Assembly: GCA_049609945.1 (NCBI GenBank)
Contig: JBMYZB010000001.1
Span: 1-45,178 of the forward strand
Direction: 5' to 3'
Source of the DNA: Flavobacteriaceae bacterium
GTDB lineage: Bacteria; Bacteroidota; Bacteroidia; Flavobacteriales; Flavobacteriaceae
DNA length: 45,178 bases
This document shows, one piece after another, positions 33,352 through 41,575 of the stretch. Below the pieces are notes generated by a model, which saw only the letters and a program-made list of their open reading frames with translations, was not told where the DNA came from and did no database searches. The stretch's first letter is position 1; every line of letters begins with the position of its first letter. The translations under genes and the position numbers were made by a program.

Positions 33352-35376
33352 ATGTTTGTCTATATTTCAAAAGTCTTCAATATAGTCTTGACCAGCTTTG
33401 GTTTTTGGCTCATTCTGGGTTGTGAACATACCACCCTAAAACCCCAGCCAAAACTGGGAGCAAAAGTGATTGAAATTATCCAACATGAGGGTTTAAAATT
33501 TAAAGACCTAAACCGTAATAAAAAACTAGATCCCTATGAAGACTGGCGTCTTTCAGCCGATTTAAGAGCCGAAAATTTATTAGGGCAAATGAATTTGGAG
33601 CAAAAAATAGGCTTTATGCTTATCAGCACCATCCGCATGGAAAACGAGGCTGGATTCGGACAACCCTCTAAAGACGCTCTGCCCATTAGTGACGGACTCG
33701 CTGAAGTGGATGTAGAATCTGATATGAATTTTTTCACACGGGTACCCCTAGACGATCCCTTTTTATCTTCTGCAGCTACTACAAAGTCGGTGGCACAATT
33801 CCACGGGCGGCATTTCATTTTGCGAGCTAATGCGGAAGTGGATATTATGGCCTCTTGGCAAAATAATTTACAAGCCCTTTGTGCAGCGCAACCCCTTGGT
33901 ATACCGGCCATTGTGGCTTCCAATCCTAGAAATCATGTTACTACAGACGCTTCGGTGGGACTTAGTTTAGGAAAAACTGCTTTTTCTCAATGGCCCGGAG
34001 AATTGGGTCTTTCTGCAAGTCGTGATCTTCATTTGATCAAACAGTTTGCTGATATCGCCCGACAAGAGTGGCGTGCAGTGGGGCTCCGAAAAGGCTATAT
34101 GTATATGGCTGATTTAAGCACAGAGCCTCGCTGGCAACGCATTGAAGGAACCTTTGGCGAAGATCCAATATGGGTGGCACAAATCATGACTGCCCTAGTG
34201 AAAGGCTTTCAAGGTGATCAATTAGGGCCTGAATCGGTGGCCTTAACAACCAAACATTTCCCTGGAGGAGGAGCCACAGAAGGAGGGCAAGATCCGCACT
34301 TTAAGTGGGGGCGTAGAGAAGTTTTTGATGGGGGCGCTTTTCAAAAACACCTCATCCCCTTTAAGGCGGCCATTGCTGCCGGCACCTCAGCCATAATGCC
34401 GTATTATTCCTTTCCCGTACATACACCTTACGACACCTTGGGCTATGCTTTTAACAAACCCGTCTTAACCGATTTACTCCGAAACGAGTTGGGCTTTCAA
34501 GGCATAATCAATTCTGACACCGGCCCAATCCGAATGATGCCCTGGGGCGTAGAGAATTTAACTGTTCGTGAACGCTATAAGTTGGCTTTAGAAGCGGGGG
34601 TCAATTTATTTTCTGGCTCTGCTGACCCCGAACAGTTGCTTGCCACTGTAGAAGAAAATCCACAACTAATGCCCCTTATTCACGATTCTGTAAAACGTTT
34701 GTTGATCGAAAAATTTCAATTGGGTTTATTTGAAAATCCTTATGTAGATGTGGCTCAAGCAAAACAAATTGTGGGCCAAGAGGCGTTTGTGGAAGCTGCT
34801 CATGAAGCCCATCGCAAATCGATTGTACTACTCCGCAATGAAACCCATCAAGAAAGAGCCCTTTTACCACTCCAAAAAAAAACCAAAGTCTATGTTGAGG
34901 TGGGTGAAAAACCTTTAAGAGAAACGTTTTCTTCAGATTATATTGATCTAGTCAATTCACCTGAAGCCGCTGATGTGATCCTCTTTTGGGTTTTACCCAA
35001 AGGCAAGTCCCTTTTTCAATCGAACGGGCAACCCATTTCGTTGCGGCTTTCTGACAACAAAGTTAACGTGAAACGCATTCAAGAACTAAGTGCTAAGAAA
35101 CCAACACTGTTAGCCATTAACTACACCAATCCTTGGGTGATTGATGAAATCTATGCTGCAACCAATCCTAATGTGAAGGGCGTTTTAGCCACCTTTGGCA
35201 CCACCATAGAAACCCTTATGGAAGTGATCACAGGAACGGTTAATCCAGTGGGTAAAATGCCGTTTAGCACCCCCTTGTCTGCAACGGCAGTGGCACAACA
35301 AAAACCCGATATTCCAGGCTTTGAAGAAAATCAGAACTATGCCCTTTTTCATTATGATGAAGGCTTAAATTATTAA
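33352..35376 (+). CDS. Glycoside hydrolase family 3
   Basis: 674 aa. Contains KHFPGGGATEGGQDPH and the nucleophile context GFQGIINSDTG. The start is 1 nt after the sulfatase stop. Confidence 0.85.
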   Translation: MFVYISKVFNIVLTSFGFWLILGCEHTTLKPQPKLGAKVIEIIQHEGLKFKDLNRNKKLDPYEDWRLSADLRAENLLGQMNLEQKIGFMLISTIRMENEAGFGQPSKDALPISDGLAEVDVESDMNFFTRVPLDDPFLSSAATTKSVAQFHGRHFILRANAEVDIMASWQNNLQALCAAQPLGIPAIVASNPRNHVTTDASVGLSLGKTAFSQWPGELGLSASRDLHLIKQFADIARQEWRAVGLRKGYMYMADLSTEPRWQRIEGTFGEDPIWVAQIMTALVKGFQGDQLGPESVALTTKHFPGGGATEGGQDPHFKWGRREVFDGGAFQKHLIPFKAAIAAGTSAIMPYYSFPVHTPYDTLGYAFNKPVLTDLLRNELGFQGIINSDTGPIRMMPWGVENLTVRERYKLALEAGVNLFSGSADPEQLLATVEENPQLMPLIHDSVKRLLIEKFQLGLFENPYVDVAQAKQIVGQEAFVEAAHEAHRKSIVLLRNETHQERALLPLQKKTKVYVEVGEKPLRETFSSDYIDLVNSPEAADVILFWVLPKGKSLFQSNGQPISLRLSDNKVNVKRIQELSAKKPTLLAINYTNPWVIDEIYAATNPNVKGVLATFGTTIETLMEVITGTVNPVGKMPFSTPLSATAVAQQKPDIPGFEENQNYALFHYDEGLNY

Positions 35377-35381
35377 TACTC

Positions 35382-38093
35382 ATGAAAAATTTCAATCGAT
35401 TTTTGCCCCTTTTTACTTTAGTACTTTTTGGTGCATTTTCCACCTCCTGGGCACAAAAAAACAGCGTTTATGGCCTGCGGTTAGACCATAAAGAAAATCC
35501 CTTGGGCATTGACAATGTCGAGCCACATTTTTCATGGAAAATAAAAAGTGAAAGCTATGATGTTAAACAAACACAATATCAACTTTTGGTCGGTACTCAT
35601 TCGGGTTTTAGTGCAGAGAAAGCCATTTGGGATACTGGGGTGGTAGCCAATGATCAAAATGTTCATGTGGTCTACACTGGTCCAGAATTAACCTCAAACA
35701 CCACTTATTTTTGGCGGGTTCGGGTATGGACCAACCATGCCAAAAAGCCAAGTGAGAGCCCTGAAGGTTATTGGTCTATGGGACTGTTGAGCCCCCAAGA
35801 CTGGGAAGCCCAATGGATTGGACAAACTCCAGAAGACGATCTGACCCGAAGAAGCCCTTATTTTAAAACAGAATTTAGGTTGGAAAATAAAACGGTTAAA
35901 AAAGCCTATTTACATATCACTTCCAAAGGGATGTATGAAGCCCATCTGAATGGAAAACGCATAGGAGATGCCTATTTGACCCCAGGATGGACCTCCTACA
36001 ATGCTCGCTTGCAATATCAAACCTATGACGTGACACCTTATTTAGCCCAAGAAAATGCGCTTGGGGTGACGTTAGGAAGTGGATGGTATAGGGGGTTTTT
36101 AGCATGGGGTGATACTAAAAATATTTATGGCGATCAATTGGGTTTAAAAGCACAATTGATGATTGAGTATAAAGATGGGAGTATACAAATTTTGAGCACA
36201 AACGATAGTTGGTCTTACAGCCATGGCCCTATTATTGATTCTGAACTTTACGACGGTGAAATTTTTGATGCGCAACAATATGATTCCAAATGGGCCACGG
36301 TTGGACATACTCCCTTACAGGCCAAAAAAGCACAAAAACAAGAGGAGGATAACGTGCCTTTAATTGCCACTATAAATGAGTTAATCAAAAAACACGAAGT
36401 GTTTGAAGTAAAAGAAAAAATCATCACACCCTCAGGTGATTTGGTTTTGGATTTTGGTCAAAATCTAGTGGGCTGGGTCGCTTTTCAACACGGAGGAAAA
36501 GCTGGCGATTCCTTACATATTTATCACGCTGAAATTTTAGACAAAAATGGAGAGTTTTATACTGAGAACCTACGGGCAGCCGCACAGAAAAACACCTTTA
36601 TTCTCAATGGAAACCCAGCCTTTATATATGAACCACATTTTACTTTTCAAGGCTTTCGCTATATCAAAATTGAAGGAGATAGCACCATTGATCCTTCAAA
36701 ATTTAAGGCCATAGCGCTTTATTCTGCCATGCCTAAAAGTGGTGCCTTTGAAACCTCCAATGCTTTGATCAATCAACTGCAACACAACATTGAATGGGGA
36801 CAAAAAGGAAACTTTTTAGATGTTCCCACTGATTGTCCTCAACGCGACGAACGTTTGGGATGGACAGGTGATGCGCAGGCTTTTTTTAACACTGCTGCCT
36901 TTAATCGAGATGTTAAAAACTTTTTTGACAAATGGCTGTTGGATTTAGCCGAAGACCAACGTGAAGATGGGTCTGTACCTTTTGTAGTGCCCAACGTGTT
37001 GGGAGAAAATGCAATGGGTTCTGCCGGATGGGCTGATGCAGCCACCATCATTCCTTGGAATGCTTATCAAAATTATGGCGATTTAAAGGCGCTCCGACAA
37101 CATTATCCCAGTATGAAAAAATGGGTGCAGTATATGGAATCCTTGGCAAAAGATGGTCTATATAAAGGGGGGTTTCATTTTGGTGACTGGTTATTTTACA
37201 GACCCAATGATGACAATGATGGCCGCGCTGCAGTGACTAGTAAAGAATTAATTGCCCAAAGCTTTTTTATACACTCGGTTGAGATTCTTAAATTGGCGGC
37301 ACAAGCCATTGATAACAAAGCTGATTTTGGGCATTATGCATCACTCCATAATTCTGCCAAAGAAGCCTTTGTAAACGAATTTGTTACCCCCACCGGACGC
37401 TTGATTTCTGAGACCCAAACAGCTTATGTACTAGCTTTGCAATTTGATCTTTTACCAGACCAATTAAAACCTCAAGCCGTAGATCGATTGGTGGCCAATA
37501 TCGAAAGTTATGACACCCACCTCACCACTGGTTTTTTAGGCACCCCCTTTTTGTGTCACGTGCTTTCTCAAAATGGAAGGTCAGATGTGGCGGTAAAATT
37601 ATTATTACAAAAAAGTTACCCCTCTTGGCTCTATCCCGTTACCCAGGGTGCCACCACCATTTGGGAACGCTGGGATGGTTTAAAACCAGATGGCAGCACC
37701 CAAACACCCTCGATGAATTCTTATAATCATTATGCCTATGGAGCCATTGGGGAATGGATGTATACATATCTCTTAGGTATTCAAAAACAAGGAGCCTATC
37801 CGGGATTTAAACAATTTACGCTAAAGCCCATTTTTCCAGAAGAATTTACTTCGGTTAAAGGGCATTATGACAATGCCTATGGCACTATTGAAGTGGCATG
37901 GTATCAAGATGAAAACAGCATTGAACTTTCCATTGCAGTTCCTGTGAATAGCCAAACCAAAATAGATTTGTCAGCCGTTGAAGCAGTCAATAGGCAGCTT
38001 TACACCAAAAGTAACCGCAAAACCCGTTCCATGGCTCCAATTGAAAATTTGGGATCAGGAACCTATCGAATTGTGATCACCAAAAAGAAGTAA
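35382..38093 (+). CDS. Alpha-L-rhamnosidase, glycoside hydrolase family 78
   Basis: 903 aa with a signal peptide. LRLDHKENPLGID and the hallmark DVPTDCPQRDERLGWTGDAQ are present, along with WERWDG in the (alpha/alpha)6 domain. Confidence 0.9.
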   Translation: MKNFNRFLPLFTLVLFGAFSTSWAQKNSVYGLRLDHKENPLGIDNVEPHFSWKIKSESYDVKQTQYQLLVGTHSGFSAEKAIWDTGVVANDQNVHVVYTGPELTSNTTYFWRVRVWTNHAKKPSESPEGYWSMGLLSPQDWEAQWIGQTPEDDLTRRSPYFKTEFRLENKTVKKAYLHITSKGMYEAHLNGKRIGDAYLTPGWTSYNARLQYQTYDVTPYLAQENALGVTLGSGWYRGFLAWGDTKNIYGDQLGLKAQLMIEYKDGSIQILSTNDSWSYSHGPIIDSELYDGEIFDAQQYDSKWATVGHTPLQAKKAQKQEEDNVPLIATINELIKKHEVFEVKEKIITPSGDLVLDFGQNLVGWVAFQHGGKAGDSLHIYHAEILDKNGEFYTENLRAAAQKNTFILNGNPAFIYEPHFTFQGFRYIKIEGDSTIDPSKFKAIALYSAMPKSGAFETSNALINQLQHNIEWGQKGNFLDVPTDCPQRDERLGWTGDAQAFFNTAAFNRDVKNFFDKWLLDLAEDQREDGSVPFVVPNVLGENAMGSAGWADAATIIPWNAYQNYGDLKALRQHYPSMKKWVQYMESLAKDGLYKGGFHFGDWLFYRPNDDNDGRAAVTSKELIAQSFFIHSVEILKLAAQAIDNKADFGHYASLHNSAKEAFVNEFVTPTGRLISETQTAYVLALQFDLLPDQLKPQAVDRLVANIESYDTHLTTGFLGTPFLCHVLSQNGRSDVAVKLLLQKSYPSWLYPVTQGATTIWERWDGLKPDGSTQTPSMNSYNHYAYGAIGEWMYTYLLGIQKQGAYPGFKQFTLKPIFPEEFTSVKGHYDNAYGTIEVAWYQDENSIELSIAVPVNSQTKIDLSAVEAVNRQLYTKSNRKTRSMAPIENLGSGTYRIVITKKK

Positions 38094-38094
38094 T

Positions 38095-39024
38095 ATGAAA
38101 ATATCTAATAGCTATTCAACAATATGTTTCATTGCCACTTCGCTTATGCTTTCCGCCCAAGAAGTAATTCCCCTTTGGCAAGAGGGCATTCCAGGAGCAA
38201 TTGCGGAGGCCACTTATGTTGAAAAAATTGAAACAAAAGATGAGGCTGGTCGGCCCACACGAATTAGCCATGTCACACAGCCCACACTCACTGTCTATCA
38301 CCCAACTAAAGAAAAGGCTACCGGAGCCGCTGTTTTGATTTGTCCAGGGGGTGGCTATGGCATATTGGCTGTGCAACATGAAGGAGTTGAAGTGGCGCAA
38401 TGGCTAAATTCTCTAGGCATTACAGCTGCCATTTTAAAATATCGATTGCCCAGTAGCCGCATTATGGAAGATCAAAAAATCGGACCCCTTCAAGATGCGC
38501 AACGCGGGCTAAGAATTTTACGTCAAAATGCAAAAAAGTGGGGCTTACAAACCAACAAAATTGGTGTATTAGGTTTTTCTGCCGGGGGTCATTTAGCCAG
38601 TACTTTATCAACCCATTACAATTCACCAGTTTACAGTCATTCTGGCTTGGTGAGTGCGCGTCCCGATTTTTCTATTTTGATTTATCCAGTCATCAGTTTT
38701 AAGAAAAATCTTTATCACGGAGGCTCACGAAAAAATTTGTTAGGTGCCCAAGAAACACCCGATCAAATTCACCGCTTTTCGAATGAAGAATGGGTGGATG
38801 AAAACACCCCTAGGGCCTTTTTGGTTCACTCTATAGACGACGGCGCCGTACCTGTAGAAAACAGTTTTGTTTATGCCTTGGCCTTAAAAAAAAACAAAGT
38901 TGATGTTGAATTACACGCCTATCAGAAAGGCGGACATGGCTATGGATTGGGCAGAAATAACACCGAAAAAAGCTGGCCTGAGGCTTGTGCCCGCTGGCTA
39001 GAAAACAGTGGCATTATTAACTAA
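38095..39024 (+). CDS. Alpha/beta-hydrolase esterase (Aes / carbohydrate-esterase-like)
   Basis: 309 aa. Oxyanion-hole context LICPGGGY, nucleophile elbow GFSAGGH, and late D...GGHGYG. The start is 1 nt after the GH78 stop. Confidence 0.8.
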   Translation: MKISNSYSTICFIATSLMLSAQEVIPLWQEGIPGAIAEATYVEKIETKDEAGRPTRISHVTQPTLTVYHPTKEKATGAAVLICPGGGYGILAVQHEGVEVAQWLNSLGITAAILKYRLPSSRIMEDQKIGPLQDAQRGLRILRQNAKKWGLQTNKIGVLGFSAGGHLASTLSTHYNSPVYSHSGLVSARPDFSILIYPVISFKKNLYHGGSRKNLLGAQETPDQIHRFSNEEWVDENTPRAFLVHSIDDGAVPVENSFVYALALKKNKVDVELHAYQKGGHGYGLGRNNTEKSWPEACARWLENSGIIN

Positions 39025-39045
39025 AAGGGGCTTTGCGCCCCATTT
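39023..39045. terminator. Bidirectional hairpin terminator between the esterase and GH51 genes
   Basis: taaaa-GGGGC-tttgc-GCCCC-attt. The GC stem is flanked by an A-run and a T-run, in the 23-nt gap between two convergent stops. Confidence 0.55.
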
Positions 39046-39047
39046 AA

Positions 39048-40580
39048 TTAGTCTAGTGTTAGCATCACCACCGAATGGGGGGGTATGCTAAGCTCAATAT
39101 TATCCTTTCTTTTCTTAACGTTTTTAAACACCTTGGGAACAATACGCTCAGGAGCTTCAAAGGTATTGTGATCTTGTAAGTTTTCAGAACTCACAATTTC
39201 TCCTACCACTGATTTGATCGCCAAATTTCCAAGAGCTATGGTTACATCGTGCGGCTTTTGTGCGTCAATATTAACCAAGGATATGTGTACTTTTCCGCTG
39301 GCATCTTTGGAGGCAGAGGCTGAAACAGCAGGTAAACTTTCTCCTTTCATTTCATAAGTGGGTGCATCAAAAGTGAGCGGTATAAGGGTGGCGTCTTGAT
39401 GCACGGCATACATTTTCATGACATGGTAGGTGGGGGTTAAAATGAGTTTTTCGCCTTCGGTAAGAATAACGGCCTGCAATACATTCACAGTTTGAGCCAA
39501 ATTGGCCATTTTGACACGCTTTGCATGATTGTTAAAAATATTCAATGTCATACCAGCAATCATGGCATCTCTAATGGTATTTTGTTGGTACAAAAAGCCG
39601 GGGTTGGTCCCTGGTTCTACATCATACCATCCACCCCACTCATCCACAATTAAATCTACTTCTCCCTTGGGGTCATATTGATCCATGATAGCACTGTGCT
39701 TGGTCACATATTCTTCCATTTTATAAGCTCGCTGCATGGTTTGGAAATATTGTTTTTCACTAAAATCAGTGGCTGATCCTTTGTTCCCCCAGTCAATCAC
39801 TGAATAAGAATGGAGGGCCACCCCTTCAATCAATTTTTTAGGAATATCGCGCATCAAGACCTCTGTCCAATGGTAATTACCATCACTGGCGCCTGAAGCA
39901 ATTCGATATAGGCCATGGCTATTGCTCCAATCGGTCATAAAGGTGGCATATAAGCGGTATTGGTTAGCATAAAACTCTGCGGTCATATTACCCCCACACC
40001 CCCATGCTTCATTTCCTAATCCCCAATATTTTACGTTCCAAGGGGTGAGCCTGTTGTTGGCTCTTCGCAGGTCGGCCATTGGGCTTTTTCCATCGTGATT
40101 TACATATTGAATCCAATCGGCAAATTCTTGCACAGAGCCACTACCCACGTTAGCAGAAATATAGGCTTCCGTGCCCAAACGTTCACAAAGGTTTAAAAAA
40201 TCGTGTGTGCCAAAGCTGTTGTCTTCAGTCACACCACCCCACCACATGTTCACAATAGCAGGTCGGTCTTCTTTTGGCCCAATGCCATCTTTCCAATGGT
40301 AGGTGTCCGCAAAGCATCCGCCAGGCCATCTTAAATTAGGTATTTTCATTTCTTTGAGCGCTTCAATAATATCTATACGCACGCCCTCAAGATTGGGAAT
40401 CTCACTCTTTTCTCCCACATAAAAACCATCATAAATACATCGCCCCAAGTGCTCAGCAAAATGTCCATAAATATGTTTGCTTATTTCAATTTGTTCTTTG
40501 GGTTGTTGAATTTGTATATTAATTTGGGCATAAAGACAAACTGACAAAAGAAATGCCAGTGAAAAAAAATTTAATTTCAT
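39048..40580 (-). CDS. Alpha-L-arabinofuranosidase, glycoside hydrolase family 51
   Basis: 510 aa with a signal peptide. Contains NLRWPGGCFADTYHWKDGIGP, the acid/base context GLGNEAWGCGG, and DEWGGWYD (nucleophile Glu region). Confidence 0.85.
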   Translation of the reverse strand: MKLNFFSLAFLLSVCLYAQINIQIQQPKEQIEISKHIYGHFAEHLGRCIYDGFYVGEKSEIPNLEGVRIDIIEALKEMKIPNLRWPGGCFADTYHWKDGIGPKEDRPAIVNMWWGGVTEDNSFGTHDFLNLCERLGTEAYISANVGSGSVQEFADWIQYVNHDGKSPMADLRRANNRLTPWNVKYWGLGNEAWGCGGNMTAEFYANQYRLYATFMTDWSNSHGLYRIASGASDGNYHWTEVLMRDIPKKLIEGVALHSYSVIDWGNKGSATDFSEKQYFQTMQRAYKMEEYVTKHSAIMDQYDPKGEVDLIVDEWGGWYDVEPGTNPGFLYQQNTIRDAMIAGMTLNIFNNHAKRVKMANLAQTVNVLQAVILTEGEKLILTPTYHVMKMYAVHQDATLIPLTFDAPTYEMKGESLPAVSASASKDASGKVHISLVNIDAQKPHDVTIALGNLAIKSVVGEIVSSENLQDHNTFEAPERIVPKVFKNVKKRKDNIELSIPPHSVVMLTLD

Positions 40581-40640
40581 TTGTTAAAGGTTTGTTTGTA
40601 GTTTCGAATGTAATTAAAATATGGTTAAATTTTAAGCTTT

Positions 40641-41387
40641 ATGAAATCCATCAAACCGATTATTCATCAAGATGTGACTTCACTTGGCCTTGCGGCGGCA
40701 AAGCGTGTGGCACAAAAGATAGAATCTGTTCTAGAAGAAAAAAAATCCCTTCGCCTGATTCTCGCAACCGGAACTTCACAATTTTCATTTTTAGAGGCTT
40801 TGCAACTCAACACTATTGATTGGTCTAGAATCACCGTTTTCCATTTGGATGAATATGTGGGGTTATCCAACCAGCATCCTGCCAGTTTTAGAAATTATCT
40901 TCATGAACGCATTTTAAAACACGTTGCACCCCAAGCCATTTTTTATTTAAACGCTGATGACCCTTCACTGGAAACGGTTTGTGAAACTTATACCCAAGCA
41001 TTGAAGGCGGCTCCCATAGACATTGCTTGCATTGGCATAGGTGAAAATGGACACTTGGCATTTAACGATCCACCCGTGGCTCAATTTGATGATCCACATT
41101 GGGTAAAACGTGTGAGCCTAGATCCTCATTGCCGCCAACAACAATTGGATGAGGGATGGTTTTCCACCCTTGATGAGGTTCCTAAGGAAGCAGTCACATT
41201 AACGCTCCCAGCCATCATGGCCTGTGATTATATTAGTTGTGTGGTGCCTGAACTTAGAAAAGCCAAAGCTGTATACGATGCCCTTCATGGTCCCCTAACC
41301 ACGGGTTGTCCGGCCTCTATTTTGAGAGCCCATCCGCAGGTTGATCTGCATTTAGATCTAGAAAGTGCATCCCTTTTAACGCCTTAG
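40641..41387 (+). CDS. Glucosamine-6-phosphate deaminase / 6-phosphogluconolactonase family protein (NagB-like)
   Basis: 248 aa. LILATGTSQFSF, VFHLDEYVGL and GIGENGHLAFNDPP align with my recollection of NagB motifs. The exact substrate is uncertain. Confidence 0.8.
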   Translation: MKSIKPIIHQDVTSLGLAAAKRVAQKIESVLEEKKSLRLILATGTSQFSFLEALQLNTIDWSRITVFHLDEYVGLSNQHPASFRNYLHERILKHVAPQAIFYLNADDPSLETVCETYTQALKAAPIDIACIGIGENGHLAFNDPPVAQFDDPHWVKRVSLDPHCRQQQLDEGWFSTLDEVPKEAVTLTLPAIMACDYISCVVPELRKAKAVYDALHGPLTTGCPASILRAHPQVDLHLDLESASLLTP

Positions 41388-41575
41388 ATCAAATTTGAAT
41401 TTGTACATTTATTTTTCACTAAAACCATTGCCATATCAAAAATAAAGTCTTCCATTCTCTCTTAAACATTATCCTTTTCTTAAGCTTTTCTTTTAGCCAA
41501 AACAACGCCTCCAACTCATGGGTAGATTTTGTAAATCCCCTTCTGGGAACAGCCAATGCCACCACCCCTAGTGCT

